Shown: piece by piece, positions 23,101-35,222 of the stretch | Layout of the letters: every line of letters starts with the position of its first letter | How positions within the stretch are numbered: the first letter of the stretch is position 1 | From: Raillietiella orientalis | Taxonomy: Eukaryota | DNA: 64,000 nucleotides | Reading direction: 5' to 3' | NCBI GenBank assembly: GCA_036172245.1 | Contig: JAYWIR010000016.1 | Coordinates: 124,001-188,000, forward strand | Notes under the pieces: model-generated | Told to the model about the DNA's origin: nothing | The model's input: the letters and a program-made list of their open reading frames with translations, nothing else | Databases searched by the model: none | Translations under genes and position numbers: made by a program

Positions 23101-26100
23101 AAAGTGGTTCCACAACTCGGAGGATGTGGACCTGAAAATTCCCAAATCTCAGCCCCTTGTGTACGCTCAGCTCCCTTTCTTCCTCAACAACCTGGCCGAC
23201 ACTCCGGACATCACCAATATGATCGAGGCGGTAAGGTCCATATGCCTCCGCTTCGAGGACCGAGGTCTCCCCAATTTCCCCTCCGGCATTCCCTTCACCT
23301 ACTGGGAGCAGTATCTGGACCTGCGCTCCTTCCTCGTTCTCGGACTGAGTTGTGCCCTGGCGGCTGTGCTCCTGTGCGTGGGTGTGGTCCTCGTGAACAT
23401 TGGCGCGGCGATTCTCGTTGCTTCCGTGATCTTGGTGACCATCATCGAGCTCACGGGGATGCTAGGGTTCCTGGACATCCGCCTGAGCGCCATCCCCGCG
23501 GTCATCCTTATCACTTCTGTAGGCATCTGCACCCAGTTCGCTGTTCACATCGTCGTGGTGAGTGTGCGCGAGGGAAGGTCTCGTGCGAGAGCGGGAAGCA
23601 GCTCCTAACGTTCTCCTCCCCCCTTTCCAGGGTTTCCTGACGAGCATGGGAAGCAGGGATCACAGGACGCGCGTCGCTCTGGAGCACATGCTGCCGCCGA
23701 CGTTGCACGGAGCCATCCCTTTCTGCCTAAGCATTTCGGTGCTTCTTTTCTCAGATTATGACTTCATCATAAGGTGAGGCGCGCTCCGAGAAGGAAGAAG
23801 GGTCGGGGCGCGTAAGCGCGCTGGAGCCAAAGGGAAGTGGTGGATCCAAGCAGCGGAGAACTGCCTGCAGCAGAGCTGGCAGCCGCGCCTCTGTCTCCTT
23901 CCCTCCTCCCTCCCCCCCGTTCGCTCTTTTCTCACTTCCCTTTCGCGAGGAAGACAGGAAGCTTCTCCCACCATCACTCCGCCCCGTGCCACCCTGCTGC
24001 CTCCACGCGACCTTTTGCATCAAGGAGGGGGCGCCAAAGGCTGTTCGCCGTCTGGGTGCTCGCGCCGCCGCGGCAGCTGCTCGGGAAGGTGTCTTCTTGC
24101 CTGCTTCCCCTCGGCCTTTTCGCAGCTTTGCTCCGAACGTGCATCTCCCCTTTCCCTGTGCCGGTCCGGCCGCTGACGTGCTCTCCTTCGAGTGACACTT
24201 GGGGAAGCAAGTGCGCATGACCTTTTCCTGCGTGATGCTCGCCCGCTTTGCGCCTCGTCGCTTGCGTCCGCTGCTGCGGTCTTCTCGGAGAACACGTTCC
24301 GCCTTGGCGGTTCTCTTTGCACATCCCGGGCGCGTGCTTTCCGAGGCCACTTGGGGTCGCGAAGGAGGATCCTGGCTGGACTTCACCTCGACCGCCTCGA
24401 AGCGGGCCACTGTGCCGTTGGGCCGCCCCCTCCCCCAGGTTTGAAAAGCCGTGAGAAGGACAGGAAAGTGCTAATAAAATGTGTTTTTTTTTTAAATCTC
24501 TCTTTCTCTCTCCTCGTTACATTCACGTCGTCTCTGGGCGACCACCTGTGGAAAGCGGACCGCATCAGTGTTTCGCTTCCCCTCCCCTTTTTCCCCAAGC
24601 TGGAAATCTGTCCGAGTTGGAGAACGTGTAGCATTCCAGTTTCTTTCTTTTCTTTTGAGGGGGGGGGAGGGGGGGCTTTCTTTCTTCGAGGCCGCCGCCG
24701 GCGAGGGCTTTCCCACCACGCCGCCGCGTACGAAAGCAATTGCAGTTTCAGCGTACGCGCTCTCTTGCGATTAGGAAACGTCCGCGGACTCTTGGCTCCC
24801 GTGCGCCTGCGCCGATCGAACGCTGCACCCGTGTCCGTATCGGCGAGAGGAGCATCTTCTTTGCAGCCTCCAGACGTTCGCCGTGCAGCGGGTCGGCAGC
24901 GCGTCCGCTGTCTCCGGGGCCTCTGTAGAGACCGTGGTGCATGCAGGCATGGTCGGTCGAGGAGCCGCCTGTTGTCTTCCCCTCTTGAATTCTTTCGCAG
25001 AGCGGACACACCGAACGCCTCCCAGTTCTCCGTGTTCCCCTGAAACGCCTACGACTTGGGGCCCTGGGGATGTTTTATTTCCCTCGCCATTGTTGCCATT
25101 GCTGTCACTCTTTGCTGCCGAGGTCACGCCGCTTTTTCTTTCCCCTCTCTTTCGCTCTCGTTGCGTTCCGCCCGAGTTTCACTTTTCCGCAAGTGTACGT
25201 ACCTTGCTGTCCAGAGGGATTGCTGGAGGAAAAGGGGGGTTGGTTGTCTCGAGTCGGATGTTCTGGAACGAAGTCCCGTCTCTCTTGGTGACGTCGGTAA
25301 ACATCTCGGGAGAAAAGTGTCGCAAGAGCGAATCCAAGTTTCCGAGGTACTGCAGTTGGCATCTCTCTTTCACACTCGTGAGAGTTGAGCTGCGTTTTCC
25401 CAGTTCTTAATTCGATACCCTGCAGTGTTAAAAGGCAACCTTTCAAGGCTGGGTTTCTCGTCAAACCGAGCTGTTGAGATCATTCCAGCAGGGACAGCGT
25501 CTTTCTGTTCGCCTGCAAGATGATCATCCGGAGTCGAACTGCACAGTTGGACCGCGTTGTTGTTAATGCACGTAAAAGTACTGGAATAGTAGAGATGTAA
25601 AGGTTCTGATTCATTTATTCCCAGGGAATAGAAGGGATGAAGTGTTCCCAGGTTGGTTTTTAGATCTGTCTTCCATCCGGTTGACTTGAGATTCTTGGCG
25701 TCTCAAAAGAGCTCGCCTCCATGAAAATCCAACGCAGGAGCCATTATTTGTTTTACCATTTGATGTCATCCTCTTTTTTTTTTTTTTTTTTTTGCCTTGT
25801 TCAATTGACTCGAGTCTTTCAAGTGCTCAGAAATACGTCGAAGGATCGTTTGGCATTCCGTGAGGGGAAAAGAAAAAAAAAAAAAAAATCGCATATGCAC
25901 ACGAAAAGGTTACGACTTTGAGCTTCCTTGAAATTCTGCAGCGGACGGTGTTCTCTGTGCTTTCGCCATTTCTCATCACTCGATGTTCAATGGTCTTCGA
26001 GCATGTGGGTTTTCAGAAGGGCACTTTTCGTTCGGTCTGCCTCGAACCGGGCAAGGCTCCCTCGGGTAATGTGCGGGCGCAGTAAGCGTACTTAGGGGCA

Positions 26101-29100
26101 GGGAAAAGCTGTGGAGGGTTCACCCGTGCGCACCACACGAATGCCCGGAAGTCGCAGGGCTCGCGTGAAACAGCGAAAGAAGTGCTCGGATGTACACCTC
26201 TGTTTTGGATGGCCGTAGGTTGGCCTTTCTTGGGGATCGCGCAGTCGCCACAAAACAAAAACGTAAATCTTCGTCAGAATGGGTTCTTGTCGAAGGCTGT
26301 GTCATTCTTCCGGGAGCGTAAAGTGAAAAAAGCTGCGGATCCGCGTGGGATCAATCGTCTTTGTTTTCCGATCCGTCTCGCATGAAAGTGTAGCCGCCCT
26401 TGCGCATCCGCAGGATCCCCGTGTGCTCCCCTGCGTTCCCGGGTCTCGGCGTGGGATGAGAGCAGTAACCCGTTGCTAGGGAACTTCGCTGCTGCAGGCT
26501 GTCCCCGGTCTTCGCTGCTGCAAAGGCTGGGGACAGTTCCACGTTGCGTCTGTGTGTCACCCCCCCCCCCCCCCCCAGGCCAGTTGCGTTCGCCCCGGCG
26601 CACCCGGGTGTGCACTTAAACAGTTGCGACAGCCTATTTAATGATCTCATTGCAAGTGGGATTCTTTTTATGATGGGGAACGGAATTTTTGGCATATTTA
26701 ACGACACGCTGCTCGTCTTTCAGTTTCAAAGCTATAATCATGCTTCTTAAATCATTTGGAAACTGTAAAGCATTGTCTCTCTTCAACGTAAACAAACTGG
26801 AAGCGCGCTGCATCGCCATTTTGACCCGTGACGTCATTCCCCGTCCTTTCCCTCCACCCCCCCCCCCTTCCTCTTCCCCCCAGTTGTTATCTTTCATTAG
26901 TGACATTAAGATATAAGTTTCTTTCTTTCTTTCCTTTTTTTTGGTTAATGTATTTGGCTGCATGCATGCTTGCTTAGGATTTGTCCAGGGAGACGTGTGT
27001 TGGTGATTTAGTGTTTCCACTGGACAATGATTACGATAGCGTGCTCAATTCTATCACGTGACGGAATCAAGATTTATGTTTATTGCAGTTGTTGTTCCAG
27101 TCACGTTTGCGCGGCACTGCGGAGCACGGCACGGAATTGTAGGTTTCGGTTGTGCACCCACGGTCCGGTGGGATCGTGGGGCCTTTCCCTTCCCCAGCGC
27201 AGGGAGCTTCGCGAGACCGCTGCGGGTCGCGTAGGTTTGCATGACCGGGTGGCAGGCGAAAGGTTTCCCTCCCTCCGGAGCAATTCGTTCTCCCTCTCAG
27301 AGAAGGTCCACCGTTTTATCTGCTCCTGCAATCTCCAATAAAATTCCCCCCCCCCCCTCCGTCCCTCCCTCTCACACTGGTAAATAATTTATCATGCTCA
27401 TTAGGTGCGTTTGCTGAGTTACGTGTGAGAGAACGGTGAAACGGTCCGAATTAATTACCTTTGCTGTTGTTGTACGTTGGTTTCTGGTGTGTACGTGTGT
27501 GTACGTGTTCGTGACCGTGCGCACGCTTGCAGTAGCATTTTATTCGTAGTGGTTTTACGTACGCGGTATATTTGCAAGGGGGACGTGCTCGCCTTTTTTC
27601 GCTTCCTTTTTTCCTTTTTGAAAAAAAAAAAAAAGGGGGAAGAAAGGGAAATCTGCGGTGTCCCGGAATCCGCTGTTTGCTGCGAGTTTTGTCCGTGTCG
27701 CCCGAACCTCTCTCCCTCTCGAAGCGGTTCCAGGGCTTCGGGATGCTGTGCGCGATGCGTCGCGTGTCGGCAGACTCGCTCCCATCCTGACGGCTCATCA
27801 TCCCTTTGCCGCCTCCCATTTCTCAGCGCTCTCCCTTTTTTTTGCCTCCTCGCGGCGGGCGCGTCCTCCTTGGCTTGCCAGCAGATTCGCGCACCCGGGC
27901 GGGTCCTGCGGGAGCTTCGCCCTCCCCTCGCCCAGCATGCACGAGTACCGCTGGGGGGAGTAGGGTGGTAATTTGGGAGTGCAGGCCCTCAGCGCGCTTC
28001 GGGCCGGGGATATCAGCGGTGATCTTCGTCCTCTCCTTGTCGCCGTGCGCCTTGTGTGCCTCCCCCTCCCCCTTCGTTTTTCCTTTTCTTTCTCCCCAGG
28101 AAGGTCCCCTCACCGCCTTTTTCTGCGGTGCGGCGGCGTGGTGGGGACGGAAGTGCTCCTCTCAGGAAGTTTCATCTCTCCTCACCCGTTGGAAAGAATC
28201 TTCCGTGGAGCCTTCCGGCTCGCAGGCCGTGCCGTTCCGCGCTCTTTGCTTCCAGAGGCTGCCGCTGCGTTCCCGGTCCCCCCCTTCCGCGTGGCTTTTC
28301 TTCCGATGCTCCGTGCTCATTTCTTCGCTCCCGCTCATTATCCCCGTTGTTTCTGCCGCTCCAGCCCGCCCTTCAATCCTTTCTTTTCGCCATCGGAGCG
28401 GCCTCCTTTGCCGCGCACGAGTGAGGAGGGATCCTTCCCTCCCATCCGGGCTTCCCGCCGCCGCTTCAATCAGCCTTCAGCCGGCAGCTGGAAGTCCGCG
28501 GGATGATTCGCCGTGCTCTTGGGAATTGCTTGCTCGCCGGGGTATCCCGCCGCCTCCAGGAGGGAGGGAGAAGACGCCTTCGTTTCCCGTCCGTCGAAAC
28601 GCCTCTTCCCGGCCCTACGGGGACTAGAGAACTCTCTTAAATAAATCCGGGGATTCGCTCCTCCGACGGGAAGTCTTCCCATCCGTCGTCAGGCGTCCCT
28701 GGCGACGGTCGCAGCCTAACGCATTCGGCACTCAGTCCCCCGGGGTGATTTCGTACCCGCAACGCGCCTCCCCACCCCCCTCTTCCCCCTTCCCCTGTGA
28801 ATTTTCTGATTTTTTTTTCCCCTCTCGTCCTTGCGCTTGAATTTTTCTTTCTTTCTTTCTTTCTTTTTTTTTTTTTGACAGGGTGGGAGTGGGGAGTGAG
28901 GGTGGGCGTGAGGAGGGAGACGCGATCTCAGGAGACTGTTCGAGCCCGGAAGGCGATGGGACCGGAAACGTTGCAGAATTCTCGCAAGAGGAAGCAGAAA
29001 AAAAAGACAGAGAGAGAGAGAGGGAGAAGGGGGGGGGGGCAGCAGAGTGACCCACGCGAGGCCCGGAGGGCGGGCGAGCCTGGAATTGGATGCTCCTTCC

Positions 29101-29460
29101 CCCGCCTTCCCACTCGTCGACTCTGTAGGGACCGACCGGCCGCGCGCACTCCGCCCAGAGTTTCGCGCTCCTCTCGCGCGTGCGATGGTGGCGCTTTTCT
29201 GGATTGTCTCTCTCCTCGCCCTTCTCTCGCGCTGCCAGGGAATGCGGGCGCACACCCGAAGAGGAGCGGGGTGTGGGGAGGGGGAGGGGAGGGGGCAGTT
29301 TAGCCTGCCTCTAGCCGCCGCCTCCGCCGCACCGAGTGCATCCTTCATGATGAATGCCGTCGTGTCACACGGGAAAAGGACGCCGCTAATTGAGCCATGA
29401 AAGTCAGATCGATACTCCGCGTGACGCTCGCAGGCAGGGCGAACCGAAAGAGGGGGGGGG

Positions 29461-29491
<31 letters not shown>

Positions 29492-32400
29492 GAAGAGAGA
29501 GGGGTTGAGGGAGGAAGGGAGAGAGAATAGCAAATTCCTTGGTCTTTTTCTTCTGTCATTTGAAGCGCGACGCGCGTGTCGCGACGGCATCGGCGGACGG
29601 ACGGACCGACTCGCCGAGCGCATGATGGATTCACCACCTTTGCGAAATCGCGGCCTCGCCTTTCACCTTTAACGGTGCCTTTTGTGACGGCCGTTCCTCT
29701 CCTTTTTTTTGTCGTCCTCTTTTCTTTTTTTGTTCCTCTGCGCGCACCCGCACGGCCCCTCTCGCACGCGCCTGAGAAGCGCAGCGTTGTTCCCTGTAAT
29801 GAAGATGTCTTCGGCGGCGGCAGCGACGTTGCGATGAAGCCGTCGTTCCCTTCTCCTCCCCCCGCGCGGAGGAGGAGGGGGAGGACGGGGGCGACAGAGG
29901 GACGGGGAAGCAGGGGCGTTCGCAGGACGAACGGCAGGAGGAGGAGGAGGGGGGGGGGAGCGGGAAGGAGAAAGAGGACGATTTGCAATTAGCCTGGACG
30001 TAAAACGCTGATGGCTTCTTCTCTCTCGTTCGTCTCGCGGCACGCCCCCCGGGGCTGCGGAGGAGGAGGAGGAGGAGTCCGGCGTTCTTTGCGTAGAGCA
30101 CCTGCGGAAGGAACGCTCGGCATCTCCCTCCGCGGGACCCTCACGAACGTATTTTCCTTGGGGAGGAGGCGGGGATGCCAAGCACCCCCTCCGGGTGAGC
30201 AAAAACCTCCGCAATCTTCCTCTCTCGTGGCCGCTCTTCTGCTCCTCGCCTTCTCGAAATTTGACGTCTTAATTGCGAAGCTTTCGCCCTGTCATTGTTG
30301 CGTCAGCGTGGGCTGCGGGACGCTCGCCGTACCCCCACCTTTTCCATCCACCCCCTGCTTTTCTCCCTCCTCCTCCCTCTCTCTCTCCTTTTTATTAGGA
30401 CTCCCGTGGTTCGGGACCCTCTCGGATACCCGGAATTTTCTCTCGAATCGCCGCCACCAGCAGGGGGTTCCCCCCCCCCCCCCCCCCTCTGCGGGCCGCT
30501 GAATCGCGTCCCCTTTTCCTGCCCCGGAGCGATCGCAGGACGACATTTTGTCTTCTTGGTAGACAGGCAGCCTTTCCTTTCTTTTCCTCCTTTCTTCCAG
30601 GAACGCCGTCCATGCGGCGGGAGGGGCGAATAGGGGCGCAGGTGGAAGTGCGCGCGCTTTTGGGAGAAGGAAAGAGGGGAAACAAACGCGTTGCCCTCCC
30701 CTCTTCCTCGGCCGCCAGAAGGCAGACCCCAGACCCCCCATCCCCACGAGTAGCGTTGGCGCTGTTTTCGTGTGCGAGGCACAGCCAGGGCACCCCTTCA
30801 TGTCGTGCCGGCCCTCCGTCGCGGCGCGACGCCCTCCCCCCCCGTTCTTTTTTTCTTCTGGGAGACCAGAGCAAAGTTCGCAGAAAAGAGCGTTGGTGAG
30901 GAAGGAACCGGGTGCTTCGGGCTCGGTAGTTGGGCCCTTCTCGGATGCGTGACGATCGTGACGAAAGCGGTGCACGGGAGCGGCGGCGACGGCAACGGCA
31001 ACTTGGAAGCGCGCGAGGGAAGGGAGGAGGCCGATGGGGAAAGGGATGCGCTTTGCTCCCGTCGCGGAGGGAGAGAAGGTCGGAGGAGCACCGGCGGCGC
31101 CTCGGCACGATCGCGTGCGCGTCCTGCGCCGGGCACCCCCGAGGCACCCCTTCTCCCCCCGCCCGCTGGCGACGGTTCTCCCGTCACATCCTTGTCGGGA
31201 GGAGGCGGCGGCGTTCGGGAGGGCAGCTCACGCGTGTGTCCCTCAAGGGGGTGGCGGCGCGCTTTTCTCCTTCCGAGCTCCCTCTGCCGCCCTCGGGACT
31301 TTCCTCCCACTTTCCCCGAGCCCGGTGGTGGGCGCTCACGGGAACCACGCGGATCCCGAGAAAAGGAGAGCAGGCCGCGCACCCCGGTGGTACGCCCCCG
31401 CGTGTTCAAAGCGCGCGCGCGGCTTTCGCCTCCCTCTCTCTGCTTCCTGCGGGGGCGGGAACGGACGCGTTCTCCCGCCCCCCTCTCCACTTCCTGTAAT
31501 TAGAAAAATCCCTCGCTCGAATCAACTAGCGGGATGGAGGAAAAGAAGGGGGGGGGGGCGTGGAAGGAAATGAGATGGGGAGGAGGAGGGATGTTCTGCT
31601 CAGTAACCACGGCAGCGGCGGGGGCGGAATAGCCAAAAGTGAAAAACCGTTTCTTTTGAGAAACGTATTGTTGACTCCCCCCCTCCCCTCTTTTTCGCCT
31701 ACGCAGATGCGGCACCGGAATGGAGCGGTTCCCCGCGTTCTGGAAGGGTGCTGACTTCCGCTTCCTCCTCATCGGGGGAAAAAGAAAAAAGAAAAAGCGC
31801 GCTCGCGCAAACAAAAACAAAACCGAAAACAAGGCTGGGAGCTTCCGGTAATGGGCCCCTTTGCGTGAGCGCCTCCGGCGTGTCAGCTTCCCTCTGGCAT
31901 GCATGCGTGCACGCATGCGTGTCGCCGCCCACCCTTGATTGGAACGCGCAGATATGCGTCCGAGTGGGCTGCGAAGCGTGAGGTCGAGGGGCAGGGGAGA
32001 GGAAGGAGGGATGCTGCAACGCGAGGCGCCTGCAGCAGGCGCAACAGCGGACGCTTAAGAGTGTGGAAAGGTGGGATTCGCCTCTCCCCTCCCCTTTCCC
32101 CCCCCCCGTGTATGTTGCTGCCGTCCGCCCGTCCCCCGCTTTCTCACCTGCCTGCCATTTCCTGCCCCGCTGCCACCACCCATGCAGTGAATGCGGAGAT
32201 CGGTCTGCAAGAGCACCCGCGTCATGGCAACGGACTTTGAGGAGTCTCGTTCTTTTCCTTCTTCACGTCCCAACCCCACCCCGGCGCTGGTGATGGGGGG
32301 GGGAAGGGTACGTCTGCACATACGAGCGAGATGGTTGGGAAAGGGAAGGTCAGAAGTGTCCCCTCCGGGAGGAAGAAGCCTCCAGTTCCCGCACACAAGG

Positions 32401-35222
32401 AGAATGCAGTTCCGCTTCCATGCAACGTGGGCAGAGCTCAGGAATAGCTTGCGCCTAGGTTGCGGCCATCCGTTCCCGCGGAACACTTTCGGGAAAAACA
32501 GAACACCCAGCTTTTCGCCCCCCCCCCCTCCTCCTCCTCCCTTTACCCATTTCTCTCCCCCCCCCCCCTCTCGACACTCCCGTTGCTGTCGTCGCCACGT
32601 TCCCGGTGGTGGAAGCGGTCTCGTTACACTCGCAGGGACGCGCGCCCTCGCCGATGCAAGATGGATGTCGAGACGATGGGCTGTAGGGGAACGCATTCCC
32701 CGACGGCCCTGGCAACGTCTCGCCTTCTCCATGGCTAGGGCGTCGGCAAACACGTAGCAGCAGTCCGGCCGTTGTCAGGAGTGGAAACTTTCCATGCGCG
32801 CGTGGATGCAAGCAAGGGTGCGAGAGTAGGGCGTGAGAAGGCAGGAAGCTCGGATTGTGGGGGAAGGGGGGGGGGGAGGGTGACGCGGCATTGCGGCTCG
32901 TGTGCCTTTTAGGCGAACGCGATGCACATTGCAGACGCCCTCCCAGCCCTGCCTACCTCCCGATCCCCGAAGTCATCCCCGAGTCCCTCGCCCCCTTTGC
33001 TCCTGTCACTCTGTGTCCCTCGCTTTCTCGTGTTCTGGCTCAGCGTCTGGCCTTCAGGATGGGAAGAGCCATACTCCGACAAAAAGGCGATCTCTCAGGT
33101 CACCTGCTCCCCCCCCCTCCTCCTCCCGTTCAAGCGAAGAGCCGTTCCCATCGCTCGCCGCAATTTTTCCTCTGAAAGATAAAATGTAAAAGAACGGCGA
33201 CTCGGCGTCCGCCGTAATTCACTCCCCGCTCTCCGGAAAAGAGCCTTTCAAACGACCGTATTTTATCTTCCGAGTTCCCGGTGCCTCCATATTTTATTCA
33301 GCGAGTGGCTAGCAGGAGGTGGGAAGACCGCGACGACGGCCAGGTCCTGCGCAAGCTGTGCAGATCGTAAATCGTCCTCTTCGGCGTCACCCCGCGCTAT
33401 CAGATAAAACACGATCGGCGGCGACCTGCAGTCACCGGCAAGTTTTTTCTCTCCCTCCTTCCTCCTCCTCTTCCTCCCTCTCCTCCCCCGACCCCTCATC
33501 TTCCGGCCGCCGCCGAGAGCAGACTGATCTTCCGCCGATCCGTAATGTGCCGTTGTCGGGTCTCTTCGAGGGGCTCTTTTTTGCGTTTTCCTGCAGGCGA
33601 CCAGCATCATCCTTCTGCTCCCCTCCTCCCAGCAGTAGGGGAGACGTTGAAATTTCTTCATCAGCCGCTGCCGATGGAGAATAGGGAGGTAGCGCCGGAG
33701 AAGAGCGACGCCTCTCCTCCGCCTCGTGCGTCAGCAGGGAGGGGAGGGGCTGGGTGTGCGCAGCGCGTGCTTGGTCCCAAGGAACTCGCCTGGGGGCGCA
33801 CATGAGAGAAGGCATGACCTCCCCAATGCTCTGCGGGCATGCGAAGCCGCGTGGCAGGTTTTTCCCCATTCCTGCGTGCGTTTCCTGTGCAGAGAGATCC
33901 TCCCCCTTTTCGACAAGGGTACAAGAGCACGCACCTCACAGCTAACCCACGAACCTTCTGTGTATCTCTAATGACGAAACCCCCTTTTTTTACACCGGGA
34001 GGGGGGGGGGGAAGAGAGGGACTTCTTGGTGCGTGATACTCCCCCCCCCCCTCCCCGAGAGCAGCGTCCGTATGCATGGTCCGGGCACTCCTCTCCCTGT
34101 GCTTTCGTGCGACTCGTGCTTTTCTGGAATGTCTCCCACGTCTTGGTGGCTCCTGTTTTCCGCTGGCTGTGCCCACGAGTCGTCTCCCACGGCAGGCCAT
34201 CCGTGTGGGCCCGGGAAGATCCCCCCATTCCCTAACGAAAGAACTTTCCTGTTCCAGGTATTTCTTCCTCGTCATCATTGCCTTGCTGCTGTTCGGTCTG
34301 CTGAACGGACTTGTCCTTTTTCCGGTCCTGCTCTCTCTGCTGGGTCCGCGAGCTGAGGTGAGTGTCGCCGCCGACCTTGCGCCGTGGCCGCTACTGAAAT
34401 GCGTCTCGTGGTTCAGGTAATCCTCGCCGACAACGGGAATCGTCTGCCTTCCCTCACCCCTTACCCTTCTCCCGTCTCCCACGTGAAGGACCGCCACAAA
34501 AGTGCTTCGGGAAACTTGAACGTTCCCCTGAGACCACCTCTCTATTACAAGAGTGGTCCTCGTCGGATGAGCTCCGACATGTCTCTCAGTACGATTACCG
34601 AAGAACCGAACTCTTGGCAGTCCAACTCCCATGAGATAGTTGTGCAGCCGGAAGTCGTGGTGGAAACCACGACGTGCCCCTCGAACTGCAGCAGCACTAG
34701 CGCCAGTGAAACGTCCAGCGGCTCAAGAGGATCTCACGTCACGACCAAAGTGACGGCTACAACCAAAGTGAAGGTGGAGGTGCATTCTTCAAGAAGTGGT
34801 AAGCAGTCCGGCTCGAAGCGAGCTGGGGACTTTGCTGCGAGGAGAGCCGGGAAGAGGGGAGAGCCGCCCCCCTCTTCCCGGTTGCTCGGGCTGGGAACAA
34901 GGGACTGGGACGCTTAAAGGAGAGGGAGGATGCGCCTGGACGCGATCGGGGTGGTTAGGGGACGGGTTTCGGAGCTGCCCTTCTTCCCGAGTTCGCCTGG
35001 TAAGGCAGGAGGATCTTCGTCATGGGGAGCAAATGCAGTTGGAAGATGCGCGCGGGGATGAGACGATGCGGACGTGGAATGGACGCGGTGCATCGCTTTC
35101 TCTCTGCAGGTGCCAGCCGCGGCTGGCTCTTGCCGCGCGAATCTGGCGATGGCCTTGGCGCTCCCGCGAAGGAGGACGCTTTCTCATCTCACGGTGACCG
35201 TGCAGACGGGTGCTTGTCGTAA
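11038..35222 (+). CDS. ptc: Patched-family Hedgehog receptor (12-TM RND/SSD protein), 20 coding exons, ~1300 aa
   Basis: Exons joined by hand at GT-AG sites with consistent phase: 11038-11172, 12081-12273, 14169-14358, 14428-14497, 14556-14653, 15248-15374, 15425-15517, 15605-15726, 15788-15935, 15995-16144, 16242-16415, 16513-16608, 16694-16813, 16892-17131, 22271-22429, 22508-23557, 23631-23773, 34258-34357, 34417-34798, 35110-35222 (3903 nt). Patched hallmark motifs: [133 protein letters not shown]. The last exon and possible extra exons in the 17132-22270 intron are less certain. Confidence 0.95.
16242..16980 (+). other. ptc: Sterol-sensing domain (approx. TM2-TM6) of Ptc, exons 11-14
   Basis: [20 protein letters not shown]...[17 protein letters not shown]...[10 protein letters not shown]...[38 protein letters not shown], which matches the Patched SSD pattern. 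Confidence 0.9.
22508..23557 (+). CDS. ptc: Ptc exon 16: TM7, extracellular domain 2, TM8-TM10
   Basis: Part of ORF 22112..23608; [73 protein letters not shown]. Confidence 0.97.
29452..29500 (+). repeat. Poly-G followed by a (GA)n microsatellite in ptc intron 17
   Basis: Read directly. Confidence 0.85.
34534..34545 (+). other. ptc: PPxY (PPLY) motif in the Ptc C-terminal tail, candidate Nedd4/Smurf-family WW-domain ligase site
   Basis: CCA CCT CTC TAT in the frame of exon 19. PPxY motifs are known in Patched cytoplasmic tails. Confidence 0.6.
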
